NCBI GenBank assembly: GCA_964016885.1
Contig: OZ024742.1
Coordinates: 54,064,001-54,128,000 of the forward strand
Length of the DNA stretch: 64,000 nucleotides
Origin: Eledone cirrhosa
Taxonomy: Eukaryota
Direction: 5' to 3'
Shown: positions 40,211 through 59,021 of the stretch, piece by piece
Layout of the letters: each line of letters opens with the position of its first letter
Numbering within the stretch: position 1 is the stretch's first letter
Notes under the pieces: generated by a model
What the model saw: only the letters and a program-made list of their open reading frames with translations
Told to the model about the DNA's origin: nothing
Database searches by the model: none
Translations under genes and position numbers: made by a program

Positions 40211-41042
40211 GAATAGAATTGGCTGTGTAGTTGCTATTTAAGGAAACTTAAAATGCAGTGGAAATACGAAGAAAGCAAGAACAGGGGTGGGGGTGGGGGA
40301 GTTTTCCTCATCAATTGTCTACTGGGGGTCTCGGATATTTCTACACTTTAAAGACAAGATACCTCACCTCAGGGCGTCAATAACTGGATAAATTACTGGG
40401 AAAACGAAGGAAGAAGGGAAGGAAAGCTAAGGGGAAGAAAAGAGAAAACAGTAACAAAACAGCGAAAAAACACAACGAACCGAGCAATGTGCGAGCAACT
40501 ATAGGTAGGAAATCCAAGACCACTCGATAAAAGAACTTAATTTCAAGACTGAATGGTCGAGAGGAACAAGACACACGTCCGGTCGCCGCAGTTGTAAGTG
40601 AGAAGAGAACTGCTAAACGGTCAGGCGAGGGGTAAAAGTGAGAGGGAGAAAGGGAGAGGAAGAAAGTCGGGTAAGAGTAGATAGGGAGAAAAAGAGCGGA
40701 AGAAAGAGGGTTGAGAGCAGAAAGTGGCGAAATAGGTAGGCGGAAGGGGAGAGAAGATTAATCACAGAGAAAAACATGATGAAATATATGGAGAATAGAA
40801 ATGGCTGTGTAGTTGCTATTTAAGGTAACTTACAATGCAGTGGGAATACGAAGAAAGCAAGAACGGGGGGGGGGGGGGAAGCTTTCCTCATCAATTGTCT
40901 ACTGGGGATCTCGGATATTTCTACGCTTTAAAGACAAGATGCCTCACCCTAGGGCGTCAATAACTGGATAAGTTATTGGGAAAACGAAGGAAGGAGGGAA
41001 GGAAAGCAAAGAGGAAGAAAAGAGAAAACAGTAGCAAAAGAG

Positions 41043-41043
<1 letters not shown>
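40211..41043 (-). mobile_element. ~1.4 tandem copies of the ~582-nt non-coding unit
   Basis: 40211-40460 is repeated at 40793-41043; homolog of 11507-12127. Confidence 0.8.
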
Positions 41044-41086
<43 letters not shown>

Positions 41087-41136
41087 CAGATATACGCACA
41101 TATATACATATATATATATAATATACATATATATAT

Positions 41137-41178
<42 letters not shown>

Positions 41179-41232
41179 ATACATACATACACATTTACAT
41201 ACACACGTATACAGACACACGCACACACACAT

Positions 41233-41327
<95 letters not shown>

Positions 41328-41429
41328 CATACATACACATACACATATATATATACGTATATACATGTGTACACATACCTACACATACACTCACATATAT
41401 AGATATATACATATGTGTATATATAAGAG

Positions 41430-42016
41430 AAGTATAAATAAATAAATAAATAGATAAATAAATAAATAAATACATACACAAGCACAATAACAACAAACAC
41501 ATATAAACACACACTAGTAAAGATAGAATACATTAACCAATACACAGTCACCCAATCACGAACACCCATCAAACAAAACACTATACACACACGCAAACGC
41601 ATGCGCAAAGAAGACAAAATAAAATAAACAAATAAATAAATATATAAACAGACTAAATAAAGATGGGGTAGAAAATACAAAATACAATGTAACGGGAGGA
41701 AACAATAGCACCACTGACGATGTTGCAGATGTGCAACGAAAGAACTTTGATAAACTATATATATGTGTTTGTGTCTATATTGTATCTGTATTATTTTCGA
41801 CCGTTGGTCAGTCAATGGCAACATTGAGGACCGAATAAATTAGATTACCGATATAAAAGACACAGAAGCGAAAAGCGAAAACCAACCAAACAGTGAGTGT
41901 GTTCTGTTATTAATTCTGGCAATATTACACAAATATAACCCTCCCCAAGTATAACAATATTTGTTTCGACACACGATTTCATATAAAAAAACTTTCGCAA
42001 AACTAATTCATCGCCG

Positions 42017-42018
<2 letters not shown>
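41430..42018 (+). mobile_element. PLE 3' UTR/pLTR with HHR 41712-41750
   Basis: CTGACGA-T-GTTGCA-gatg-TGCAAC-GAAA-GAAC-TT-tg; tail matches 22160-22195. Confidence 0.75.
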
Positions 42019-42070
<52 letters not shown>

Positions 42071-42072
<2 letters not shown>

Positions 42073-42639
42073 CGGTAAATGTAACCATAGTGAGTACAGT
42101 GAATTTTTTGAAATTTATTTTGAAACTTTATCTTATTTGCTAAACCTTGATTATTTATGTTCTGGCTCGTTAATTTATTAACTAGACATTGAACCACATT
42201 GGCATATGGTTGGACAATATAAGTGTCCCTGGACGCTTTTTGCGTGTAAGATATATACTTTATTATTATTATACTCCTCTTGGTCGAGATAAGATTTGGT
42301 CGTTTTGACTGCTGCTATTTATAGTGGTAGTAGACTGACCTCCCTGCCTCTGCTTCTATCTTTACACACGGCACTGGACAGAATTGCTTCCACATCATTC
42401 ATTCTCATCTCGGGAACAATTTTGAATAGCGCCAATTCGTAATTTGAACTCGGGAATTTTATATTCTCCGAGTGAAAAGAACCTTCTGACGAGAGTTTAT
42501 CTTTAAAATAGAAGGCCGCAAGGACTGTCCATTTATTTTTGAGACTCAAAACCGATTCGGTAAAGGTAACCATAGTGAGTAGAGTGAATCTTTTGAAATT
42601 GATTTTGAAACTTTTTCTTATTTGCTAAACCTTGATTAT
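42071..42639 (+). mobile_element. Non-coding 485-nt HHR unit with 84-nt terminal direct repeat, TA-flanked
   Basis: 42071-42154 is repeated at 42556-42639. HHR at 42481-42567: acctt-CTGACGA-GAGTTT..AGACTC-AAAA-CCG-att-CGG-TA-aaggt. Confidence 0.82.
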
Positions 42640-42653
42640 ATATATATATATAT

Positions 42654-44185
<1,532 letters not shown>

Positions 44186-44207
44186 TATATATATATATAT
44201 ATATATA

Positions 44208-47628
<3,421 letters not shown>

Positions 47629-47879
47629 TAAATATATATATATATATATTTATATGCATATATATATATACACATACACATACACACACATATATACATA
47701 TATATGTATATAAGTATGTGTGTATGTGTATGTATGTGTATATGTATGTATATATCTCTCTATATATATATATGGGTTCGTACGCACCGATATATATATA
47801 TATATATACGTATGCACCCATATATATATATATATATATATATATACGTACGCACCCACATATATATATATATACACAA

Positions 47880-47912
<33 letters not shown>

Positions 47913-47955
47913 CATATATACACATATATACACACATATATATATATATACACAC

Positions 47956-48029
<74 letters not shown>

Positions 48030-48082
48030 GCACCCACATATACATATATACACATATTCATACACACATATACTTATACATA

Positions 48083-48127
<45 letters not shown>

Positions 48128-48129
<2 letters not shown>

Positions 48130-48358
48130 GTAGAACACTGGAAGGTAATATTCGTAGTGGTAGAGCACTCAGTCCATGGGACGAGTTAGGTAGAAGTGGT
48201 AACACAACAGTTAGTTCACCATACCGAGAACAATTGTTTCACCTTAGCGATCCTCAGCTCGTAATGGTCATCTTATAACTATGACCTTTGGTGAGGATCC
48301 GCTAAGGTGAAAAAATTGTTCTCGGTATGGTAAACTAACTGTTGTGTTACCACTTCTA
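48128..48358 (-). mobile_element. PLE 3' end with minimal HHR and inversion
   Basis: gag-CTGAGGA-TCGCTAAGGT-GAAA-CAATTG-TT-ctc; family of 6737. Confidence 0.65.
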
Positions 48359-48371
48359 TATATATATATAT

Positions 48372-48658
48372 ATTTATTCAGGTTTGAGGTTCACCACTTC
48401 AGAGAGCTGGTCAATTCCGTATGGTCAATCTCAATGTAATAATATGGAGAGTACTCAACGTAAAGCAGTTCAACCGTCTTTGTTTTTGTAGTTGGTGGTG
48501 CTAGTACGGAGTTAAATATTATAATGAAATGACAGGAGGCTGGACTTGTGTAAAATGTTTGAAAGGTTTATTATACTATGATCATTTCAATGATCGGGCT
48601 CCGTATGAATCCGGTGATATCATCAGGTATTCGAAATATAATAAGTGAATGTAATAGA
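48372..48658 (-). mobile_element. HHR family B 3' end (HHR 48573-48630)
   Basis: Reverse complement of 53060-53326. Confidence 0.8.
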
Positions 48659-48667
48659 TATATACAT

Positions 48668-48801
<134 letters not shown>

Positions 48802-48818
48802 TTATATATATATATATA

Positions 48819-48890
<72 letters not shown>

Positions 48891-49199
48891 ATAATAATAA
48901 ATTTGAAGACTAAAATCCAAAGAGGGCTCGATAAGGATAAATATATATCAAATATATAAGAACCGTAGAGCAAAAATTTATTAAAATAACAAATTAAAGT
49001 TTAAGCAAAGAATCGCTGCTTTCACCCTTAACGGGATCTTCTGAAACTAACAAAGATAATCTGTAATCAATATCCACCTCTGCGATTACAGATTGACTTT
49101 GTTAGTTTCAGAAGATCCCGTTAAGGGGGAAAGCAGCGATTCTTTGCTTAAACTTTAATCTGTTATTTGAATAAATATATATATATATTTATATATATA

Positions 49200-50300
49200 A
49201 ATACACACACGTACACAAACATACAACATATGAGGCACAATTCAAGTACGTTATACATATGGAAAAAGCAGATAGGTAAGAAGTACGTACACAACCATAA
49301 TACCGTGAGACAGGTCGAGATGGGGGTAGGGGTAGGGTGGTATGGAGGTGGAGGGGATATTTTGTCGAGTTGCTATTTTTATTTTTTTATTTTTTATCCA
49401 TCTGACTTTAACACTGACTGAAGATATTTGAAAGCTGCAAATCTTTTGTGCATGCAATTCGGGCAATGTTCAAAGAGTTTGTTCAGTGTCTTTTGTTCAG
49501 TTTGTTCAAATTTCTATTTGAGCGTGAAAGGGGTGGAGTTCCTTTTGAGGTGCCAGATATAGGAGGCGAGTCTTGTCTGATTGGATTTGTCCGGACTTCT
49601 GAAAGAGTGGGTATGGGCATACCAGAGTACCAGCATACGAGCGGGTCTTAAAATTGTTGGAAGTCATTCCGATATAAGTCTTTTTGTTGTTGTCACCAGT
49701 GCCTGAGATGACATCAGATTTGTATACGATGTCATTTGTCAGGCATTTGTTTTCAAGTGGGCAGGCTTCCTTATTTTGGCAGTTGCACAAAGCTCCCGTC
49801 CGGGGATGGGTTTCGGAGGTAGTAGGCTTATTTAAATTTGTAGCGTTGAGATTGGCTATATTTCTAGCTAGGTTAGGTGTAGTGGAGTAGAAGAGTCTTA
49901 TTGTATTCTTATTAAAGATAGTGTAGTACCTATGTTGTGTGGAGAAGTGTATATTTAGCAATTTGAAGTAAGTCGTAGCTATAGGTGCAGAAACCTCCCT
50001 ATTGAAGAGGGGAGGCGGGAGAGGGGGAGGGTGGGTTGTACCAACTAATCTGCGTATGCCTATTTCTCCTAGGTAGTCTTGGGGTGGTTTCTAGATAAGT
50101 AATCTTTTCTTTAAAGTCAGTGCGGGCGAGGGTGTCGGTGTAGTGAGGGTCATAGGCGCTAAAGATATCTTCATTGGCCGAGAGACCGGAAATGCTTAGT
50201 GAGAGGCTTTTAACTAAGTTATCTGTGATGTTTTTGTGTTTTTGGGTGGTTCGAATTAACATTTATATATCTGAGGGACACGTTAGGTTTGAGGCACGGG
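49200..50300 (-). mobile_element. CxCx5C-type PLE fragment (RT thumb, linker, GIY-YIG), frameshifted
   Basis: ISWYNPP..IFNKNTIRLFYSTTPN..CNCQNKEACPLENKCLTNDIVYK..TYIGMTSNNFKTR. Confidence 0.9.
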
Positions 50301-50438
<138 letters not shown>

Positions 50439-50517
50439 CAACGGTTTCTCATAAACATATATACACATATGTATTTGAATGGTGTTGTATCGTGTACACA
50501 TTTTTGTGGGACACTCT

Positions 50518-50553
<36 letters not shown>

Positions 50554-51314
50554 TAAAATTGTAGTTATATCAAATGCGGTCCTAGCTGGGAAACGGCCAG
50601 ATGCTACGATGATCATAGCAAATAGTCGGATTAAACGAAGGAGAGCAAGAAAGAAAAAAGCTTAGGAGTGAGAGAGAAAAGGAAACGAATAGAGTGTATA
50701 GAATATAATGAGAAATGGGAGGGTGTTAGAGAGGGAGAAGAAAAAAGGGAATGAGATTGATAGAGCATATGTGTTGACATGGAGAAGTGAGAACGGAATA
50801 ACAGTTGAGAAAGTAAAGTTGAAGAACATAAAAGAACGAACTATAGTGTCGAGACCTCATGAAATTCCTTCTAGCCACATGATTTCGGATGATAAAGAAG
50901 AGTAATGTATTTAAAGTTAACCCACGCAAAAGAATCAGAATGTATATTGCTGTGATGAGTGTAGGTAGAGAAAAAATAAACAAGAAAGCAGCAGAACAAG
51001 TCAACTCAGGGTTGCGCAGGCAGAAAAGATGTAACCTCGTATATTGACGGAAGTAACAGTAGAAGGCGAGATGACAGTGGTAGAAGTGGAGAAGAGTTTC
51101 GAGAGAGAAATAAATAAAGTTAAAGGTTTATCTGTCCATGGCATTCTTTCCTGTCTATCATAGAAAGCCAAAATATATGTAAACATAATATGAAATGATT
51201 TTGAACGTTCCAGGTGTACATGTTTCATAAAATTGTTGCAATATTGGAAATGGAAATACCTGCAAAACAACCAGTTACTCCGAGGATCATAGCAAAGAGT
51301 TAAGCAAAAGCTCT

Positions 51315-51574
51315 TAATGCAGTTTTGATTTGATCATTGAAGCAGCTGGCTGATTTACGGTTATTTTCCTGCTCTAGATCCTACAATAATTTTACGAAAT
51401 ATTTACGCAGTCAATGCTCAAAATCATTTCATATCATGTTTACAACCCCCCCCCCCCCCCACACACACACATATAAATACATATATATATGTGAGTGTGT
51501 ATGTGTGTGGGGATGTAAACCCGATATGAAATTAATTTTGAGCATGAACTGTGTAAATATTTCGTAAAACCATT

Positions 51575-51575
<1 letters not shown>
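51315..51575. repeat. Local repeat family with inversions (also 52655-52785 and 55325-55510)
   Basis: Shared gcggttttgatttgatcattgaagcagctggctgatttac and ttacgaaatatttac. Confidence 0.75.
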
Positions 51576-51632
<57 letters not shown>

Positions 51633-51774
51633 TTATATATAATGTCAATCAGATCCCTAGGGATTTTTGTACAAGTTGAAAACATTTTATGTATAAATAT
51701 ATATAAATCTCTATATAAACAAGCAAATTATAAACGTAAACATGTAAGTATGTTTTTGAAACGGTGTGCGAGTT

Positions 51775-52067
51775 TGAAATTAGAAATTAGAAATTATAAG
51801 CTTTCACCGTATTTTAGACTAAAGAAATTTCTAGCCTGACAGTGGGGTTTATAACCCTCGGAGAAATGGAAAAAGATGAGTGTTGCCGTACATGGGAGTC
51901 GAACCCACATCTTTGGTTATCCAGACCAAAGATGTGGGTTCGACTCCCATGTACGGCAACACTCATCTTTTTCCATTTCTCCGAGGGTTATAAACCCCAC
52001 TGTCAGGCTAGAAATTTCTTTAGTCTAAAATACGGTGAAAGCTTATAATGTCTAATTTCTAAATTTC
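51775..52067. repeat. ~290-bp near-perfect palindrome with a tRNA-like T-arm at its centre
   Basis: Arms 51775-51916 and 51925-52067; gtgggttcgactcccatg near the apex. Confidence 0.88.
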
Positions 52068-52079
52068 TATATATATATA

Positions 52080-52495
52080 CACTTGTACATGTACACGCAC
52101 TCCCATATATCTATATATTGAGTGAGTATAAAAGACCAAAGCTCATTATTGAAAGTCTCTCCATTTCGCACAATATATTATATTTTTTTTATTGGAGCAG
52201 GTAAAATATTTTTCCGCAAAATTTGATTGCATTGTTTTGTTTCCCTTTATGTATTTTTGGTAAAATGTTATTTATTCATTATAAAAATTAAATGATAGCA
52301 TAGCATTCTATATGTAGGTGGGCCCCGTTCATCTGCTGGCAACAATATTTTTAGACATTTATATATATATATCTATATATATATATATATAAATGTCTAA
52401 AAATATTTGTTGCCAGCAGATGAACGGGGCCCACCTACATATAGAATGCTATCATTTAATTTTTATAATGAATAAATAACATTTTACCCAAAATA
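52080..52495. mobile_element. Internal fragment of the TIR MITE, folded back at a (TA)n tract
   Basis: Homologous to 61660-61731 and 62355-62530; palindrome centred at 52360-52392. Confidence 0.75.
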
Positions 52496-52819
52496 TATAT
52501 ATATATAACGAAGGAAGTGTGGTAAGGAACCAGATGGACCATAACGCACCATAGTACTCAATACTTAGGGTAGTAGGATGGGTAATAGGAAAATGTTCAA
52601 GACACCGGGGTCTTGAACATTTTCCTATATATATATATGTTTATATATATATATAATGCGGTTTTGATTTGATCATTGAAGCAGCTGGCTGATTTACAGG
52701 TATTTCCCTGCTCTAGTTCCTACAATAGATTTACGAAATATTTACACAGTCAATGCTCAAAATCATTCCATATCATGTTTACACCCCCCCCCCCCCCCCA
52801 CACACACGCATATATATAT

Positions 52820-53326
52820 AATAAAATAACAGGAGGCTGGACTTGTGTAAATCCTGGAAAGGTTTATTATACTATGATCATTTCAATGACCGGGTTCCGT
52901 ATGAATCCGGTGATATCATCAGGCATTCGAAATATAATAAAAGAATGTAACAGATAAAATCCAGGGGTCTGAAAATCATAGACCCGAGGACGACCGACTA
53001 TCTAGCATCTTCCACTTTAGCCGGTCGCCCTCAAGTGCTGGCTATTCGGTCTACTTCGATTATATTTCGAATACCTGATGATATCACCGGATTCATACGG
53101 AAGCCGGTCATTGAAATGATCATAGTATAATAAACCTTTCAAGGATTTACACAAGTCCAGCCTCCTGTTATTTTATAATAATAATTAACTCCGTATTCGC
53201 ACCAACAACTATACAAACGAAGACGGTTGAGCTGCTTTACGTTGAGTACTCTCCATATTATTACATCAAGATTGACTATACGGAATGACAAACTCTATCC
53301 AGTGGTGAACCTTCAAACCTAAATAA
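52820..53326 (+). mobile_element. HHR family B with 5' inversion (HHR plus 53071-53128, minus 52869-52926)
   Basis: atac-CTGATGA-T-ATCACCGG..CCGGTCAT-T-GAAA-TGATCA-TA-gtat. Confidence 0.85.
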
Positions 53327-53337
53327 ATATATATATA

Positions 53338-53384
<47 letters not shown>

Positions 53385-53387
<3 letters not shown>

Positions 53388-53880
53388 TTAATATAGATGA
53401 GATCCTACAGGACTAGAACTGTTTCATTCTTTAGAAATCATCAGGAATCTGGGTATCAAAAAATAAATATGGTATTTAAGGTCTCTTCAGGTGGTAGGAG
53501 AGGGTATGGAGTGGGATGGGTAGAGGTTATTGGTTGATAGAAAAGGGAATTCATTAAAAGCTAATTCTTTAAAGCTATTATTTATATTTAGAGTAACAAA
53601 GGCAGAAAGAATTCTATAAACAAGTTCAGAATGGGCTGCCACTCCTTATTTTTAAGTTTCTCTTAAGCTAACAATACTTATATTTCAGGTGTCTATAAGA
53701 TCGTTGGGGGTCAGTCATGGTTGATGGATTTAAAGAAAAGGGAAATTCTTTAAAAGCTAATACTTTAAGGTTCTACTTAGAGTCACAAAGGCCTAGAGAA
53801 TTCTATAGACCAGTTCAAAATATTGAAGGCCTATCATACCATTATCTTCAAGTTTCTCTTAAGCTATATTCCAAATGTCA
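53385..53880 (-). mobile_element. Family A PLE 3' region with HHR 53401-53449
   Basis: Matches 3605, 13541 and 39301; upstream part homologous to 39415-39655. Confidence 0.75.
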
Positions 53881-54591
53881 ACAGACACATTCACGAACAC
53901 ACACACTCACACACACACACACGCATCAACCATCGTTTGGTATAACAATGGCCTAACGACGATGGCTGACTTCCCACTAGCACACCTGAAGCCTGGAATA
54001 CATTCCTAGAGTGCTTGGAATAATTGATTTCCATATCTTTCGCTAGGCGATCTCACTCGGAATGGCTGACACGTAGTTAGGATGGGCTGGCCGGAGCCTG
54101 CAGTCGCCGCATGCTGTTTGACTGCTAAACAAGGACATAATCTTTACTCTACATCCCACTAGGATAACTTATAGGGGATCTCTATAATACAATTAAAGTT
54201 TCTTCATAAAAGACTCTTTCTTTAACTAAACCTCGCAACCCAAAACCTTAACATTTTTTTAAACTGTTTAATTTTCAATTTTCTTATTTTTTTATTTTAT
54301 AATGTTAATCTTAAATTTTTTAAACTTCATCCTATAAATCTGAACAAAAATTTAACGTTCCAATCTCCTGCTCACACATTATAACATGTAAATCCCCACT
54401 ATATTTACCTCTGTTATAATATATACCTCTGTTAAGATACGGGTCCTTTAGAATAACTTTTTTCGCGGCATTCCTGGCCTGACTGTAGCATGACATTAAT
54501 TCTGACTTTTCTTCCTCTTTCTTCCCTGTATTTTTTCTTGTAGCATGACATTAACGCTGACTTTTCTTCTTCTTCCTTGTAGCATGAGATT

Positions 54592-54782
54592 AATTGTTTC
54601 TACTATTGGCACAAGGCCAGCAATTACCCAGTACATTACTGGTACTTTATTTTATCGACCCCGTAAGGATGAAAGGCAAAGTTTACCTCGGCGGGATTTG
54701 AACTCAGAATGGCAAGGGCCGTAACTCTATGCGTCAAAGCATGGCGTCCGACCCCCTACCGATACTGCCAATTCACCGCCCC
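54592..54782 (-). mobile_element. Nin-domain tRNA SINE within a tgtagcatgacattaa minisatellite (54483-54890)
   Basis: Reverse complement of 58113-58305. Confidence 0.87.
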
Positions 54783-55079
54783 TTGTAGCATGACGTTAAT
54801 GCTGACTTTTCTTCCTCTTTCTTTCTGTCTTTTTTCTTGTAGCATGACATTAACGCTGACTTTTCTTCTTCTTCCTTTCTGTTTTTCTTCTCTTTGACCG
54901 GGAGGTTAGCAGCACACTATAAGCTTTAGCCCCCTCAGCAGATGGCCTTAAGTAAGCCGAATGGGCAGCACTTGAGGGCAACCGGCTAAAGTGGAAGATG
55001 TTAGATGATCGGTTGCCCTCGGGTCTATGATTTTCAGCTCCATGGATTTTATCTGTTACATTCATTTATTATATTTCGA

Positions 55080-55135
55080 ATACCTGATGATATCACCGGA
55101 TCATATAAACCCGGTCATTGAAATGATCATAGCAT
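55080..55135 (+). ncRNA. Hammerhead ribozyme, family B
   Basis: atac-CTGATGA-TATCACCGG..CCGGTCATT-GAAA-TGATCA-TA-gcat. Confidence 0.75.
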
Positions 55136-55250
55136 AATAAACCTTTCAAGGATTTACACAAGTCCAGCCTCCTGTTATTTTATTATATATATATATATAT
55201 ATATATGCGTGTGTGTGTGTGAGGGGGGGGGGTATTTTGTTATATTATAT

Positions 55251-55310
<60 letters not shown>

Positions 55311-55389
55311 ATGTGTGTGGGGGGATGTAAACCTGTTATGAAATGATTTTGAGTATTGACTGTAAATATTTCGTAAAACTATTGTAGGA

Positions 55390-55420
<31 letters not shown>

Positions 55421-55503
55421 ATGCGGTTTTGATTTGATCATTCAAGCAGCTGGCTGATTTACAGGTATTTCCCTGCTCTACTTCCGACAATAGTTTTACG
55501 AAA

Positions 55504-55549
<46 letters not shown>

Positions 55550-56055
55550 TATTTTTAATTTATTTAATATTCTACTACTGATGAACTACATAATTCTGCT
55601 TTAAAAATTATAAACCTAATTAATATACACTTTTGAAATTAATATATAAACTATTTTTAATTTAGTTAACCTATAATTAATATTCTACTACTGATGAACT
55701 ACATAATTTTGCTTTCCTTCTTACAAATATCATTTCCTAAAACTGATACCATTAAGTAAACATATATAATGCTTTAACTTCAGGTTATGACTCTATGTTC
55801 CTTGAAAACTATATATATTTACTATTTCTCACTAATAATTTTAATCCCCCCCCCAATAATTATATGTATATATAAGTGTATATGTGTGTGTATATGTATG
55901 TGTATGTATGTATATGTGCATGTATATATCTATGTATATATATCTATGTATATATATATATATATGTGTATATATATGTATATGTATATATATATATATG
56001 TGTGTATGTATGTGTGTGTATGTGTATATATATGTATATATATGTAAATATATAA

Positions 56056-56133
<78 letters not shown>

Positions 56134-57158
56134 ATGTGTATATATGTGCATATATATATATGTATGAGTATATATATATATATATATTATTTTTATATTC
56201 TTTTAATTTCCCCTCATCTTTAACAGCACTTTTCAACTGCATCTAACTCTTATTTATCATATCTATATGTATTAGTATAATTTTATCTATATAAATATAC
56301 CCATCAATTAAATTAATTTCATATTCTTTTCATAGATATATTTTTTTCATTAACATTCTTATCTTAAAACTTTAGTCACCTTAGATATTTGTATTGGCAT
56401 TACTATTTTATAACAGCAACTGCTTGTATTACCTTTTACTGACCACCTGACCTATTTTCACCCCTAAAATAAGCTTCAATTACTACTATTTTTCCATTTG
56501 GCCAATTATTAACTTTCTATTGGTTAATTCTAAACCTCTTACCAAATAGACAGAATATATTAGATCTTTGTTGGTTTTATTCAATGAAAAAATAAAATTA
56601 TTTCTGAGGTCAGCATAAGACCTATTTCTTCCCTAAAATAATCCTTCATTCATAATATTCTTTTCCATCCAAAACTGAAATCTACTTTCCTCTACCCATA
56701 ATTTAAGGTTCTTCTACTACTATATTACTATCCTGACCCTCACTATCTTTCTATTGGTCAATTCAAAACCTGTTCCCAAACAGACCTATTGTATTGAATC
56801 TTTGTTTTTTTCAATAAACAAATATCATTTATTCTGAAGACAACATATATATGTGTAGGTATGTATATTCCCTCTGATAGTTTGTATAAATATTGTACAT
56901 AGATCTATAGAATATGCATACCAACTCTAACACATATATATCCTAGAAACGATCGTAAAATGATGAATTTTTTTAATATAAGGAACTGTTTCTTTGTTTA
57001 TTCATTATTTTATTAATTTAATTTGACTCTGTTTTCCGTTTATTTTTCACCGAAAGTAGTTTTTGTATGCATGTTCTCTTTTCATGATATCCGGATTACA
57101 TTGAGTTCTTCATTCGGATTGGACACTACCGTAAACTTTTGGTAGATTTATCTATCTA

Positions 57159-57199
<41 letters not shown>

Positions 57200-57263
57200 A
57201 TATACGGATTGGACACTACCGTAAACTTTTGGTAGATTTATCTATATATATATATATATATAT

Positions 57264-58029
57264 AATTAAGTTAAAAGTGTACATCCACATATGTATACTG
57301 AAATACTAGTATGCATATAAATACACACACGTATACATATGTACATGTACCGAGTTTTTCACATACAGACTAGCTGGACACTCACAGTAAAGTGTCCAGT
57401 GAAAAACTCGGTACATGTACATATGTATACGTGTGTGTATTTATATGCATACTAGTATTTCAGTATACATATGTGGATGTACACTTTTAACTTAATTGTT
57501 TAAGCGTCAGTCATACAAAAGTGAGTTACAAACGAAACGAAATTTAATTTCGTTTCGTTATTTGTTTTTATCGTTTCCGCTGAACCGGTGCGTACTCACG
57601 TTCTATGCAAATTAGTCTGCCCACTACTAATTTTCATAGAAAAAGCATATAACGATATGTGCTTTTATGATTCTCTAGAGAGGCCGGAAGATGGGTATAT
57701 ATTGCTGATGAGATGTAATAACATCGAAACTAGTCCAATATTCCTGTCTGGCTCTCTGGAGAATAGAGGAAAGGTGTTTCCTTGAAAACCAGTATGACTC
57801 TAAAAACCGGTTTGTCTGTTTGGTTACATACAGACTAGCTGGACACTCACAGTAAAGTGTCCAGTGAAAAACTCGGTACATGTACATATGTATACGTGTG
57901 TGTATTTATATGCATACTAGTATTTCAGTATACATATGTGGATGTACACTTTTAACTTAATTGTTTAAGCGTCAGTCATACAAAAGTGAGTTACAAACGA
58001 AACGAAATTTAATTTCGTTTCGTTATTTG

Positions 58030-58035
<6 letters not shown>
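57264..58035 (+). mobile_element. Retrozyme-like element: 465-nt unit x1.45 plus 97-nt 5' inversion, TA-flanked
   Basis: 57361-57570 = 57826-58035; 57264-57360 is the reverse complement of 57401-57497; HHR inside. Confidence 0.88.
57699..57741 (+). ncRNA. Canonical minimal type I hammerhead ribozyme
   Basis: atattg-CTGATGA-GATGT-aata-ACATC-GAAA-CTAG-TC-caatat; perfect stems I and II, palindromic stem III, GUC site. Confidence 0.9.
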
Positions 58036-58112
<77 letters not shown>

Positions 58113-58116
<4 letters not shown>

Positions 58117-58305
58117 GCGGTGGATTGGCAGTATCGGTAGAGGGTCGGACGCCATGCTTTGACGCATAGAGGTAAGGCCCTTGCCATTCTGACTTCAAAT
58201 CCCGCCGAGGTTAACTTTGCCTTTCATCCTTACGGGGTCGATAAAATAAAATACCAGTAATACACTGGATAATTTGCTGGCCTTGTGCCAAAAGTAGAAA
58301 CAATT
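58113..58305 (+). mobile_element. Nin-domain tRNA SINE between TA tracts
   Basis: ggcggtggattggcagtatcggtag...ttcaaatcccgccgagg...cggggtcgataaaataaa. Confidence 0.88.
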
Positions 58306-58316
58306 ATATATATATA

Positions 58317-59021
<705 letters not shown>

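Noticed and set aside
49100-49145. CAGAAGA-TCCC-GTTAA-GGG-G-GAAA-GC motif conserved in several copies
   Set aside because: Core U replaced by A, and no convincing stem I/III or NUH; not called as an HHR
51930-51960. Possible tRNA gene
   Set aside because: Only a T-arm-like half is present; no D-arm or full cloverleaf
54483-54890. Spaced ~30-nt direct repeats resembling a CRISPR array
   Set aside because: Eukaryotic context, spacers are related pyrimidine tracts and there are no cas genes; it is a minisatellite
56870-56965. CTGATAG...GAAACGATCGTA
   Set aside because: Core and stem II degenerate; at most a dead HHR
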